Source of the DNA: Camelus ferus
Lineage: Eukaryota
Length of the DNA stretch: 60,000 nucleotides
Direction: 5' to 3'
NCBI RefSeq assembly: GCF_009834535.1
Contig: NC_045696.1
Coordinates: 95,172,001-95,232,000 of the forward strand
Made by a program: the position numbers and the translations under genes. Shown one piece after another: positions 37,714 to 51,832 of this stretch. Within the stretch, counting starts at the first letter, position 1. Each line of letters opens with the position of its first letter. Under the pieces are notes generated by a model. It had not been told where the DNA came from and searched no databases. It was given only the letters and a program-made list of their open reading frames with translations.

Positions 37714-38591
37714 CTGTTTAGTGAATGAGTATAAAAAACAAATACCAGTAAAAAGAGAAAAAGAAAAAAGAAAAATCAGTTGAAGGCTAACATTGTTAGG
37801 AAGCATGAGCAAGCAAGCAGCAGAGCACTTAACTACCCAAGGGAGGGGGGGAAACATCCAATAAACAAAAATGTAAAGGAAAAAAAAGCAAGGTCAAAGC
37901 TTTAAAGGAAGCATTATTTTTGTCTGGGAAAAAAAAAAAAAAAAGAACAAACCCACTAGTACGAGAGCACATGTTATAATGCGTTACAGTGTTTTACATC
38001 CCATAATGCTTCAGGCTTTCTGTGAGAAGCCACTGATTTGGGAAAAGAAGGAAAGCTGCACTGCGCGCTCCATGAGGATCGACAAGTATAAGCGATGTTA
38101 ATAGTTAATTGTACGGAGTGACTGAACAGGTAAAATAAAAACGGATCCCGCCCTGCTCCTCCCCCACCTCTACCTAAACATGCACATGTCCCAGAGCATG
38201 CAAGTTTTTTTTTTCTTAAACACTGAACTCTAAATATCAGAAAGTCAATACTTCTATCACTAAAGCCATGCTAACCAAACAGGTACATAAATATACAGTC
38301 AAAAAAATACATTTTTAATGTCCTTCAAGTATTCCATTAGAACATTCTACAATGTAGTTAAACTGAATGTGGGCTGCTGGGCTTTTGGAATCTTTCATTG
38401 TATGATATCCGTCCAGGTACTTATATTACAGTCTTCCCACTAATTTTGTCAGGAAACCACACTCAGTTTTTTCATTGTACTTAACAACTTTATAACAGAA
38501 AAAGGAATATATATTTTTAAATTGATTAAAAAAAAAACTTGTATCTACAATAAAGCTACATGCCAAGCTAAAAGGTGAAAGGTCATAGTAC

Positions 38592-38645
38592 CAGGTCAAA
38601 GGTTGCCTCGAGGGGTCGCTTCAGTGATTTGACAGCCGACTGAGT
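38592..38645 (-). CDS. MBNL1: MBNL1 54-nt cassette exon (exon 5): TQSAVKSLKRPLEATFDL
   Basis: attaag|ACTCAG...GACCTG|gtacta. Confidence 0.96.
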
Positions 38646-38647
38646 CT

Positions 38648-38817
38648 TAATTAGCAGGCAGCGAGCACATGATGGCAATGGGCCAGTGGGGTTCAAGCGC
38701 ATTAACATAAACAGCAAGCAGAGGTGCATCATGGGGGCAGCAGTGCATTTTGGGTAGGTGAGAAAAAACAAATAAAAAAACAAATCATCGGAATGCCATA
38801 TACAACGAATAACAAGA
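38648..38817 (-). promoter_or_regulatory. MBNL1: MBNL1 autoregulatory intronic element: AG-free zone, YGCY cluster, distant polypyrimidine tract
   Basis: No AG on the minus strand for 170 nt; ten YGCY motifs in 38653-38742; U-rich tract at 38757-38784. Confidence 0.88.
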
Positions 38818-39812
38818 CTAAGCATGCACAATAAAGGCACTACTGAGTTGTTATTGGGAGGATAACTCCTCTTTGTAGTTAATTACAAACAAGATACTCT
38901 AACAGAAAAAAAAAAGAGTGAAAGGAAGAGAGGAGGAGAGAGTCTGCCTTCTGTATTTTTGCTCAAGTATCCGTAAACAAACACAGACAAGACCTCTCTC
39001 GTGGTTATTTTACTGTGCTAGGAAATACCACACAGTGTTCCTTTCAATGACTATTTTAATGATTAAGTCATATATTTATGTAGAAAAAGGACAACATTAA
39101 AACAGCTAAGCAAAGAACAAAAATGGACTCATTAAAATCAGCTATTAGGTCACATTAAAATTTACCTTAAGAATAGAGTTTAGTATCTGTTCTAAATGAT
39201 CCAATTTCTAACTCCTGGAGTGCTGCTTTCTGCCTTCTACGTAATGGCATAGTCAAACTTCTCTGGTTTTACAGTTCTGTTTATGCCACGATATTATTTC
39301 AGATAATCTACATAGTACACGGTTCAAAATCGTGGAGCTAACCCTAAAAACAATTTTGTTGAAGCAGTTCTCCCAAACAGTTCCAGATTTTGTTATGGTT
39401 AAAAGCAAGATATATGGAGAGAAGAGCCTTGATGTGCAAAAGAACACACCGAAGGAAAACAATGGCTGATTAGATGGCACACAGAAATAAGAGGACCGAA
39501 AATGGCAGTATCGTTAAATCGAGAAGGAGACAGGTGTTCTGTACAAAGCAGAAATTTCAGAAACCCTATATCCAGAATAAGACAGAATATTAAGAGTTAG
39601 GCCATGGGTGGGAGCAATTGGAACCATCTGAGGAGTTACCCTCACGGCTGTGAATGGTAACGTCATTATGTATTGTCTGGGATACCTGAACAAACATATC
39701 TTCAGCAAAAATAAAAAAAAAAGGTTAATAAATGAATAGCCTGTCATCAGATATAGTTGTTCACTTTGCTTTTTTGACTGTTAACAAGGATGGAGCTGAG
39801 GTCTCTACTCAC

Positions 39813-40070
39813 CATGGCAGCTGCGGTGGCTGCAGCCTGTGCTGCTGCAGCCTGGTTGACCTGGTATTGGGCAGCCTTGATCTTGGCTTGCAGATGTGCG
39901 GGAGGATGAAAGTATTTGCACTTTTCCCGAGAGCATCTCCCTTTGATGTAATCCATACACACGGTGACGGTGTTGTCATTGGTGTCAATCATTGTGCTGT
40001 CAGCAGGATGGGCAAACCGACAATCGTTTTCTCCTCTGTTGCAATTGCCACGCTGGTACTCTCGACATAC
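39813..40070 (-). CDS. MBNL1: MBNL1 258-nt exon encoding CCCH zinc fingers 3 and 4
   Basis: [86 protein letters not shown]; tcgtag|...ATG|gtgagt. Confidence 0.98.
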
Positions 40071-40299
40071 CTACGAGGCCATTAAGTGCAGGGGCGGTCA
40101 GTCAACATGGACAAGTAGAATCTTTCTGAAGATCTTAACTTAAAGGCTAAGACTGGTGACAGAAGGCTACAGGTGAAAGGGGACAGGATAATTTGCAAAG
40201 GAACCACAAAATTATTGAAAAAAAATTCCTAGTTCAGTATATAAATTGTAACCCCATTTCAGTAAGACGTCCATGAGAAAGAAAATGCATCCATGATGC

Positions 40300-40895
40300 T
40301 AATTATGGTAAAACATCTCATTTAGATTATGTGGAGATACCTATTGATTACCAAGGGGAAAGTAGTAACTTTATGTGAAGAGCACTGTAGACACCACTTT
40401 AACCCAGTGATCAAAGTTAATACCACCAGTAACAAGACATAATGACATCCTGTACCTATTGACACGATGCTCTGAAAAAAGGGCACAACATCACTTTCGT
40501 TGTATGATTGCTGAGAACGCAGAACCTGAATTTAATCACGAGGAGACATTAGACAAACGGAAACAGTAGGATGTTTCACAAAATGACTGATCAGTCCTCT
40601 TCCAAAGTGTCAAGATCATCAAAGACAAGACTGAGACACTGTCCCAGACTGAACGATCCTGGAGTCAGAGGAAGGAGACTGGTCGGACAACTGGTGAAAT
40701 CTGATTAAGGTCTGTAGATGGGTTCAGAGCAGCCTATCGATGCTCACTTTCCCGTACTCTAAGTGGGAATATGGTTATGTAAGCTGTTAATATTTAGGTA
40801 TGCTGGGTGAAGGATAGGCAGGAGCTTGTGGTTCTATTTTTGCAACTTTAATGCTAACCCAAAATTATTTAAGAAGAAAGTGTGAAAAATAAAAT
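40300..40895 (+). mobile_element. Old L1 (L1M-type) 3' fragment
   Basis: Resembles ancient L1 3'UTR consensus (gtgatcaaagttaa..., ctggtgaaatctga.taaggtctgtag, ctgggtgaagga...tatttttgcaactt) and ends A-rich; boundaries approximate. Confidence 0.55.
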
Positions 40896-43800
40896 ACCTT
40901 TATCGTAAAATGTTTCCAAGAGGTTTTTTGTGTGTGATTATTAGAGATTCACCTGGTAGCTATTACAAAGCAGATGGGAAAAGATTAGTTTTTGTTACTG
41001 TCCATTTGTTTTATATGGGGTCCCTGGGGAAAAGGTGCAAGTGGATTATTTCTCATTTGTCCGCTCGGTTTTGACTCTTACTATTAAAGTTTGTCGTGGT
41101 GCCTGCTCTAATCAAGAGGTTGCCAGCGCTGTCTTTCACTAGGATAATTTGACCTCTTCACCACAAGAGGGCCATCTAAACACAGAATGCCCTTTTAATA
41201 CTGTCACGCTCCGACTTCATGCCTCAAGAACGTTTCCTTTTTATTTTTCACAAATCTTTTTACAAACGGAGCAAATGCAGACCCTGAGCACTCTATTTTG
41301 GAGTTCATCAAGGGGGAAAAAAACAGGAATCCTGTTGTGATTTAAAAAGCAAAGGTTTTCTTGGATTTATGTGCGTAAAATGATCACATTTAATTCTAGG
41401 TGTTTCCCTCTGTCACGTTCACTTTCCATTACTGAGATAAGTGTGTCGTTTTAAAAAGGCCTCTCTAGTCTGTATGGTGCTACATCTTAAAATGAGCACC
41501 ATAAATGACACCTTGCACTGTTTGGAAGCCTCAAGCTAGCTAAAGTGTTGCACTCCACATATATAGCAACCAGCCAACTCTATTCATCCCCTCAATTTAT
41601 TCCATTTTTTAAGATTATTAAATAACTACTTTGTGCCAGACACTGAGGATAATAGGAATACAAAGATGACTTATGAAGTTACAGAAGATCTACTATATAT
41701 ATATTATCATTGCATTATCTTCTTGAACAGAAGAAAACAAGGAAAACCAGGAGTTTATAATTTGAAAAGCAAAAGTGGTTAAGCTGGTACCCAGAACCGC
41801 TGTCCTCCATTCTGGCTGAGCACTGGAATCAGCTGTGGGGCTTTCTAAACCACAGATCCCCACTTACTATATTAGACTCACCAAAACAGGAAGAGACACA
41901 CTTAAATGGAAATTAAAATTTTTCATGTATATACGTAAAAATGATGCTGAATTTAAACCACTGCATAAACAAAAAGGCTACTACTTCTCTGTTGAAGAAA
42001 ATCTATGTCAATGCAGCCTCGTCCAGCAGGAAAGCACCTGGGACAGCAGGATGCCACCGCTGCCCGCGAGCTCCTCAGTCTTGCTTTCTCAAATATGCTC
42101 ACAAAGAACCTGGCAGCAGCTGAGCCAACACTCTATTTTCCAGTTTCTTTTACCCTCTGCCACGCTGACAGGAAAGAGGATCTAAAGGTCGTCTATTTGC
42201 AGGCTCTTTAATAACTATTAAAATCAAAGATCCCCCTTTTTCCAAAAACAATTATGCCAGTGCTGGTACCAGAAACTGAGTGTCAGTTTCCCAGAATATA
42301 ACCTGAGTGCTGGGCTGGTTTTGACTTCTTATTTCTCTCTCCATCTCAAAGTTCTTTTTATTTTCAGGGATGTGAACTTAAAATCAGGTGGCATAAAGAT
42401 GGTCATTCTAAGACCCCTTCTCGTCCCTCTCTGTTTGCTTTATGTGTGTATGTGTGTGTGGTTGGACTGGTTAATAACTGGTTTACTACAGTTCTGTATT
42501 CTTTATTGTCTTGCAGCATGCATTTAGGGAGAGCTCTAAAAATATTTAAACAGAATTGATAACTAGCAGTTAGCTTAGAATCTGTCCTAAACTCAACCAT
42601 TTCTGATGTTCTGAGAATTTGGTCAACTGTTTTTGCATGATATACATTTTTGACTGTTTCCTTTTTTTTTTCCAGCTTAAGGTTTCTCCTGACATGAGAC
42701 ATGGAAGTGAAGAAATATATTGTCTTCTAAAATAGCTGTTCTCCCACTATTCTTGCCTTTGAAAAAAATAAAGAAGAAATAGAAACTGTCTTGGGAAAAC
42801 TTGTACTGGTGCGAGCTACAAGGCCCGAGGTGCTAGAGACGTTTGCCAAGCTTCAGATGTACATCTGGATTGTTGGGTTCTTATCTGAACAGAACAAACT
42901 TCCCAAAGCTTTTAGAACAGTTTTCTTGATTTAATAATCACCATCAGTAAAATGGGATCTAGCCCTTGACTGCTAAATATGGGTTTGGCCTGGTTTCTCT
43001 GATAAAACTTAAGAAAATTTTGACTGTGCTGATCCCCCAATCTCTTAGTTGTACCATTGTATTAGCAAATTATAACTGACAGACAAAATCTCAACAAATT
43101 TAACCTCATAATTCAAATCAGGATAAGAAATTGCATAGTATACCACACAGAGAATTTGGAACACTGAAGAGAAAATTTAAAATCCTATCTTTTTTTTCTA
43201 TTCTCACCCAGTCATCTACATGAACACACGTTTCAAATAATTATAATTACAGTATAGCAATTACTTGGTGATCTGTTTTTGGCTCAACAATGTAGCATAA
43301 GCATTCATTTTACTAAACAGTGTTCAGAGTGGTCAGTTTTGCTGGCTGCATCAAATTCCACCAAACAGACGTGCATAATACAAGTAACCTTTTCAGAGAA
43401 CATCCAGATTATTTCCAATATTCCCATATTACGAATAATGCTGCAAAGAATATATTCATAACCGTACCTCTTATTTATCATTCTCTAAGGAAAAATGTGC
43501 AGAAATGGCATTAGTGGGTCAACAAATATAAGTACTTTTTCTAGTTTGATAAGTGGTTTTCAAACCTACATGAAAATAATTCCATCTATAAGCCAAACAC
43601 ATAATGGTTTCAATCAAGAAGACTGCAGATATAAGCATTTACAATTACTATAAGCAGTATAGCAGGATTTGCCCTTGTAAGTCATGTAAGTTTTGTAACC
43701 TTTTGTAGAAAATGGATAAGGGGTTGCTTTTATAGGAAAAAAACATCATTTCAATAAAAGTATTCACTGAAAACATTTGAGTACTAAATTCTATTTCCAG

Positions 43801-46269
43801 AAAAAAAAATCTTGGTTTTAAAAAACAAACTTAAATAATAAAAAGAAACTTAAAATAATCAAAAGAAAAGCAATCAGAAAAACTTCCCGAAGAAATCTAA
43901 ATTCATTCTGCATAAACCTTCTTTTGTTAATGAAATAGCAGTCGTATAGTGGAAAGAGGATAGAGTTTGAAATCAGAAATCTGAGGTTCTGTCTAGTGTC
44001 TATATTTACTAGCTATGGAATCACGAACACTGAATAACACAATGTACAGACAGCCTAAAACCCACCATACAAATCTGGTTAAAATAAACAGTTTTGTTAT
44101 TTGATCTGTACGTTTTTATAAACATGACAAATATATTTCAAAATGGTCAATAATAGGTTGTATGAGTAGTATTAAATTCAGCATTACTCTGCACATTAGG
44201 CCATTGGGACTCTGAAGAAATTAATGTCAATGTTCGAACTTAACTCAAAACTATCAAAACTAAACAGTCATTTGCATGTTCTTTAAGGAGAGAGCCTATG
44301 TTTTGTGCTCACTTTAGTTAACTCAGTCATCTTTGGAGAGTAAGAGCCAAAAGTAGGAACAGAGAGCTAACCGTAACAAGGAAAAGGGACTCCCAGTTTA
44401 CTTGAATATTTCTGGAAGTCATTTTGAACCTTAATGATGAAAACTAAGGAGTTTATTCAAAGATATATACAGACCTGTTGCTCAACAGTAAGCATCATGG
44501 ACTTTACTTTCCAGTAAGCTTGAATTAACACTTTAAAAAAGAAATACTGGATAATCAATGATTTTATCAAAGTATCCACAGCATTACTGGTCACAAATAT
44601 ACAATCTAATGCAAAGAAATTATCTGTATTTTCAATTCAAAAAAGATTAAGATATCCACACCTTAAAATTCTGGTGATTAGGGGAAACTATCTTAGTTAA
44701 TTATAAAATTATATTCCCAAGATAAATATCTGATGATGTGATATCCAGTTGCAGTCTGTTGTTGGATAATTGTACAAATTTGGTCTAACCAAACTTCATT
44801 TTTTTTTCCCTCTAAAAAAAAAAGAAAGAAAAAGATATCTACTTTAGCTACCCCAGAGGATTTCCAAGACCAACTAGGAGTCTTCTTTGAAATCTAAAAG
44901 GCAGAATCCATCATTACCACCAAACCAGTGAACGTAAGCAGATTTCTATAGAAGATATGGCTAAGAGTTTGTCATTCGTGTAATTAAAAAAATCAAATCT
45001 GAATATATGGGAATGATCAACTGAAGAAAACTTCCCATTAAATCCACTGCTAGGTTTTCATTTATTCATTCCTATGAGTGAATGTACAAACCAACTGGAC
45101 ATCTGAAACAAGCTCACCAATATGCCAAAATGTTCAAGTCTATAGTTACTTTTATTCCTCTTTCTAAATAATTGAAAAGATAGGGATTTAGCTTTAATTT
45201 GGATGAGGAAATTGGTGGAAAAACAGCAAATATGAATTGGCTAAGCCAAGATTAGCAATTACCTTAACTTACAACTCTGTCATCTCCAAAACAAAACTCA
45301 AACTAATCACAGAGAGTAATAACTGACAGACTAGATGTTTAAATGGGGGTGTGTCCAAATGTTATAAAGAGCCATTCGAAGCCTTATTACAATCAAAAAA
45401 GATTTAAACTACACAGACTTGTGTACACAAAACTTAGTATTTCTTGATAATTTTCTAAAGAAATTAAAATATCATAAGCAGTAGCCAAAGACCCTTTGCA
45501 AAAATACAAAAGTATAACAATCTTATCAATAAGCCTTTCTTATATGATTAAAAAATCTGCTCGTTTAATCTTACTTTGAATTGAATGCCTTTTATATGCA
45601 ATGGATCATGACAAATTGATTAAAAGCCTACAAAAACGTGACCTATGCATGCCCTTCACTATCACTTGAATCCACATTTAGCTTTAAATGATCTTTTTTG
45701 TGTAGTCAACAGGTATCCTATTTTTATGACTATATGATAAAAGTCACTAGACTCGTCTGTGGCACTTGAGCAGTGGATATATTCAGTCCACATCGAGTGG
45801 CCTGAATTGGAAACTCGTGTCATGATGACCTCAGTAGAATAAAACTTTCAGCACAAGGATATTTTATTTTAAAACAGACAAACTCTAACTGAAAATATCA
45901 GAAGCCAAGTGGTATGCCTACCACCTTTCCTGGAATCCATCATATGTTTTTGTCATCTAGACTGTTGATATAAAAATGATGTAGCTAACCAAATGCCAGT
46001 CTAATGTCTTCATCAGCAATGAAACACGTGGCCCCTAGTTTGTCTTTTGTTTGATTAATGCCGTTATGTGGTATAAACTACCCTCAAAATCATCACTGTT
46101 TACTTAAAATATTTCATGATGCTGAACATTGTGTTCTCAGCAACTTAACACAAAGTAGAATGTTAAATGCGTTGGAGGAGGCAGAGTTTTCATCCAGAGT
46201 CGTAAGTAACCATATGTGAGGTAAATGATGGAAAGTTAAGGCCTAAATAACAAGTGCTGGCATCCTCTG

Positions 46270-46437
46270 GAGTCAGTATCTCACAGACCATTTGCATTCA
46301 GAATCACCTGGCAGGTCTGCGAACAGGAGTCCAGAGCCCCGCTGAAGACCTCCCAGATCAATCCGCGGGGCTGGGGCCCTGCATTTTTAAAAAGCATCCC
46401 AAGTGATTCTAATCACATTAAAGCTTGAAAACCACTG
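46270..46437. mobile_element. MER5A-like hAT relic
   Basis: cagaatcacctgg...ggggccctgcatttttaaaaagc...gtgattctaat...ttgaaaaccactg. Confidence 0.65.
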
Positions 46438-49400
46438 CTCCTGGACTAAGTGCATGAACAAGATGCTACTATTTTGCAGTTGGAATGCTTAAAATGTAAA
46501 CGTGTTCCCAAGAAGAATGTGAAAAATGTGTCATGTTTTATCTCCTCTGTTGGATTACCCTAAGTTCTGAGTAAGGGCCTGTGTCATTCTATGATTAATT
46601 AATTGATTAACTGGCTGGCTGGCTGACTCATTTATTCCCGAATTTAACAAGGTACTGGGCATCATTTATGAGCTTGGCACTATTCTGGTGGACCTTTTTC
46701 TTGTTACTCATAAGACAGCAGATAAGCGTTTAAGGTTTCATGATATTCCTCATAATATTTTTTACCTGACAGATGTTCAAAAGTTCTCCATTGGAGACTG
46801 ATGAACAAATGAGAGAATAAATGTATTCATGGATCCTCTTTGCCCCATAAAAAATGACTGTGTGCTCTGAAAATAAGTCAAACAATCATTCCCTTAATTA
46901 CCAATTCTTTGCCATGAAGTAAAGATAGGATTAAAAACCTCAGTCCTTTCCAGTACCTACAGATTTTAATAATTTCTTAAAAGAATTACTGAAAATAAAC
47001 CATTGCTTGGAAATTACACAAAAGCATCCCAAGGTCACAAAACGGAATTTTAAAAGCCTCTTTTTAGTGACAGATGTTTAAGAGAGTTGCTCCTCTTTAC
47101 AGAAAACCATGAAGACTGAATTTTACAATACAGAAAGCAAACAGCTACAAAGTCTTTTGAAAGATATCTAATAAAGAATGGATAACTGGAATAGTGATGT
47201 AAAGCTATGTGTGTGTTTTATATATATGTATGTATGTATGTGTGTGTATATATATACATATACACATATATATGTAAAATGACCTTTTCCGTAGTTTGTG
47301 GCTGGCATTAAAAGTAACAAAATGACCTAGATTTCACTTAGAATGTTCTAACTAGAGGTGATCTTAGAGATTATCTGGTAGAATTCCCTAATTTTATATG
47401 TGTGGAATATGAATCTCAGAAAACATGAAAACCTTGACCCACACTTACTCACCTAAACAGCAAAACCACCAGCACTAGTCCTTGAATTCCTGCTTTTCAG
47501 TTTAACATTTTCTGTATCTCACTGGGCGCTGTAAATATGTGTTAGTTCTACACAGAAGAACCAGAAGACTGATAATCTATGGTATTTTTAACTTCTGTAT
47601 TGTCTATTTTCTAGCAAAAAGAAAAGAGAAAGAAGTGGCAAGAAGAACCCGCCAATATTTTAACTGATTCAAAATTTGTTGACCTCAAAAGGAACACAAA
47701 ATTAAAAAATGTACTTGGGAGTTCCATGGGTTGAAAATAGAAATTTAAACCCCAAATAACTAAACATGTAAATAAGCATGTGCACTTCCTGCCATGTCTC
47801 TTAGACTCAGTATGTAGTGCAATCAGCATGGAAGGAAGTAGCCTGAAGACGGCCTGTGTCTAAAACCACCAAGTGCCAAGCAGAAAGACCTGCCCCCTAG
47901 CTTCCCACCGCCATGTCCTAACAGGTTGTAACTGTGACATTAGATCAGAGCCCGTGAACGAGAACACGACAGGAAGCTGCCCCACCATCAGGCATTCAGA
48001 TGAGTGGAATTCAGGTTAAAAGGAAATGACAGTCATTGCAACAGTAGCCCTTTGTTGTGACTGGGAAAAGAAGACAGACAAAATACTCGAAGGAGCGCCC
48101 TGCAGAAGAAAAATAAAACCAAACGAGAGAAAAAAGTCTTCCTTTTAACTAAACACCATACACAATATAACCAATTACAGATGGCCTAAGATTGTGGGGG
48201 GATTCGTTTAAAAGAGTTCTGACCACACAATCAGCCGTTGAAAGAGATTCTTTGAAAGAGATTTAAATACAGATGTTCTCAGCTTTATGAATATTATCTC
48301 CTATTCATAATTCAGTCATGTTCCTCTCAGACTGCCTATTTGGTTCCCATTAAACAACCAACCATTATGCCTTAAAGCAGGGTTTGCTTTAGAAAGGTCA
48401 GGGGGAAAAGTGAGTCATAGGTGGAGCATCTAATAATTTTTAAATATTTAAAATGTCTTAAATTCCTTCCTAATTTATCTGCAAATAACATTCCCTAATT
48501 AATGAGCAGGAGCCGTTGAGTGATGACAAACCACCCGCAAGTCAAGGTGTGTGTCTCCGGCACACGGCAGAGTCCTTGGTCCAGAGAGGGCGAACAACTA
48601 GGTCTCAACATCCTTCCTGAGTTATCTTTATGTAACTCTCGTAATTAGCAGCTTTTTCTAAAACATTAGTGAAAAGTAAAAAATAAGCCTAACACAAACA
48701 AACAAAAACTCTAAAGAATCTACAACCCCACCATACAGGAGTGCCTCCTTTTTGCACTATTACCTCTGTGGGAAGGGAGAGTAATATAATACAGTGTTTT
48801 AAAATGGAGTTCCGAGTTCATATCCATGTGACCTTGAATAAACTACCTTAGATCTCTCTCCCTATTAAATGGAGTTAATGATAGCATCTTCCTCATAAGA
48901 CTACTTTTTTAGGATTAAACTGTGTGTTGCACATGAAGGGTTAACGCTGTGGCTGGTAGACAGTAAATATCCAATAAGTATCAACTATTGTTATTACCTT
49001 CAAAAGAGTGGTGGCAGTTAGAACTACCCTGAAATCTGGGACCCTTTGTCATGCAGGCAACAAAACTTGAGAAAAAAGAAATTGGTGCTTACTAAATAAA
49101 TTCCTGCTAAGCTGATAAATTATTAGTGTCAATTACGTTCACACGGCGGCCTTATTTTGCCACTTTCTCAGTAATTAATAAGATGCAAACTTCTCAGTAC
49201 TAAGTATTGCCTCATCCTAACTAGGGAAGAGAGGAAAAGCTCACCAGTTCTTTGTTGGACACCAACGCCAGATTGGAGAGTGCTGATGGGCAATACTGTT
49301 GCCATTTTTCCCCCTTCATCTAGAGTTTACCAAGTCCATTAATTCATGGCCATGGTGAAACTCTTAACAGCCCCTTCAATGTAAGATTTATATCCCGAAT

Positions 49401-49669
49401 TTCTTTTTCATGTAGCAATAGCAAAGCACATACATCTGACCATCCTTGACTCTAGGACTTAAGAGTTACCCAATTTCCAATTAAAACATTTACAAGCACA
49501 CTTCACAAACAAAGGTGTCTTGCTATTCCAACTAAAATATTGTGAGGCTTATAAGGAAACTTGCAATAAATTTTAAAATGCTTTATAGATAGTAACTAAA
49601 TAACATCTTTATGGGAATGAGTACCAGGGGATTGATAGAATTTGTTAATAGTAACAATAACAAGGAACA

Positions 49670-49812
49670 GTTGAGAAGCTCCTGCTGTGTGCCAGACATT
49701 GTCTGACTCTTTGAGGTAATCACCATTATTATCTCCATTTCAGAGATGAGGAAACTGAGGAAGAATGAAGCAACAAGCAGTCTGACTCCAGAGTCCAAGT
49801 TCTTACCCGCTC
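49670..49812 (-). mobile_element. MIR fragment
   Basis: attatctccatttcagagatgaggaaactgagg...tctgactccagagtcc core. Confidence 0.65.
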
Positions 49813-50015
49813 TTCTACATACAGATGTTGTGGCTTCTACAAATATTAGCCCATCTATCTATATTCTAGTAAAGTGCTCCAAACAGTGAACCAAAATCTC
49901 TGCTTTGAATTTTTTTAAAAAATCTTTATGCCCATGGAAGAAATAAACAAAAAAACAAACAGCACCCTTTGAAATTCAGAACAGAACACGTAAAGACACC
50001 AATGATCACTCCTAC

Positions 50016-50216
50016 CTCAAGTCTGTCTGTCCGCATTAACTTCTGTGCAGCAGCTGCAGCAGCTGCAGGCACAGGGACCCCAGGGTTCCCTGTGACCAAC
50101 ATTGGTGCAGTCGGCAAGATCTCTGCTGGAACCAGGCTTGGGGACACAGGTCCCAGGTAGGGGTTAAAGGCTGCTGATGCATTGGTGGCTAAGCTTGGTG
50201 CAACTGAAAACATTGG
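50016..50216 (-). CDS. MBNL1: MBNL1 201-nt linker exon: PMFSVAPSLATNASAAFNPYLGP...AAAAAAAQKLMRTDRLE
   Basis: tttttcag|CCAATG...CTTGAG|gtagga; 67 codons, in phase with the next exon. Upstream exons lie beyond the window. Confidence 0.97.
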
Positions 50217-51657
50217 CTGAAAAATAAAACACAAAGCAAACTTGAAGACACAGGTCTTGATTCAAAGTTGATATCCTACGTTATATATCTACCCTCCTTC
50301 CATCCATGCAGCCATCCATCCATAATCCATTCTTCCCCTACTGCCCTCCCTCCCTCTCTCCATTTAATTGTATGTTTATTTACGATAAGAATGCTTCTTA
50401 AATAAGCATTCATCAAATCAATTTTTATGTAAAATACAATGGGTAATTTATCTGGTTAAAATTTCCATGGGGATTTTGAAGCTTGGGGTCCATAATATTT
50501 GCAATTTCTTTTTGAACAACAGCTTAGCCCTTCAATATAGAAACTTCTTGTGGTCACCTAGTCTCCACCTTTGTCCTGATTTAATCCTAGAAACTTGTCT
50601 AAGAAGTCCATTTCATAATTGCTGTGCCAGATGTACTTGAAAGATCTGTTTACAACTGTTAATAGGTTGCAAGTGTCCTATTATCTAGAATAAATAAAGC
50701 AGAACTCCCAGTGGACAACAGGATTTCACAGTCAATGTAAACTGTGAACAAATCTCATGGGATATGTGAAAGATGATGATGACACCATTTCTTTTGAGCA
50801 CATAAGATAAAGTGTTCGGCATACATACTTGTTGCAGGTTTTCCTGGGGAAATCATAAATGTTCCATCAGCCTATCACACCTCTCTGAGATTTTTAACAA
50901 CAGATTCAGCCTACTAGTGAGAAACTATTCTGAAATGTGAAGTCTGAAACAGAACACGTCTGAAGAAACGCTGTATGATTGTTCAAGGAAATACATACAG
51001 TGGCACTAAATAAACTGCTACGAGGTAGATTTGCTGCCAGAAATGCTTTTGTGAATATATGAGAATAGTTTCTATTTGTTGATATAAAATTTTTCATATC
51101 AGAAAATATATCTATTCTTGAGTAAAATTAAATAATTTACCTCAAATCTACTTCAACAATGTACTTTTCCAGTTTTTAAAGCATAACCTAGCACAATGTT
51201 CCACCTTACTGGTGGTATATTTTCAACTTTCTAATTCAATGGAGTTTTCATTCTTGATGTTCAATGCTTTGTGTAATAATAATATTTGTTTCCAAAACAC
51301 AAACCCACAGACAAAATGGACCCTGTTCTTTAAGGTAATTTTAAACCATTTGTTATCTTTACCCTGCTGTAAGGACGAGAATCACAGAAATTTTTTTAGC
51401 ATGAAAGGGATGCGAGACTGTAGATAATTATTCCCTTTGAAGGCATAAGAAGTTAGAGGACCCCAGAGTTTATTTATTATTAAAGAGAGTTTTGGAGTAA
51501 GGTTTCACACAATTAAGATGTATGTTACAAAAGTAATTCTTAAAAGCTCAAAAGACATATCTTAAAAAATAAAATACATTCTTTATCTAATTTGGCCCTG
51601 ACTCATTCTATATTTAGGAGAGTAAAACGGAATTCAAGGATTCCTTTTTCCTTAGAG

Positions 51658-51832
51658 CAATGGTTCTCAACTATGGGTGGTTTTGCCTCACAGGGGATGT
51701 ATGGCAACATCTGGGGACATTTTTGGTTGTCCCGGCTGGGGGTGCTGAGTGTCCTCTAACACACAGGACAGCCCCTCACAACAAAGACTATCCAGCCCCA
51801 AATGTCAACAGTGCTGGGGTGGAAAGTCCCTG
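51658..51832. mobile_element. MER20-like hAT DNA transposon relic
   Basis: caatggttctcaa...ggggacatttttggttgtc...cacaggacagcccc...acaacaaaga...ccctg resembles the MER20 consensus. Confidence 0.8.

Noticed and set aside
39732..40085. 117-aa + strand ORF (likewise 49969..50160)
   Set aside because: Antisense shadow of MBNL1 coding exons.
50046..50068. CTG-rich run as a repeat-expansion locus
   Set aside because: Normal mixed-codon polyalanine (A7) of MBNL1.
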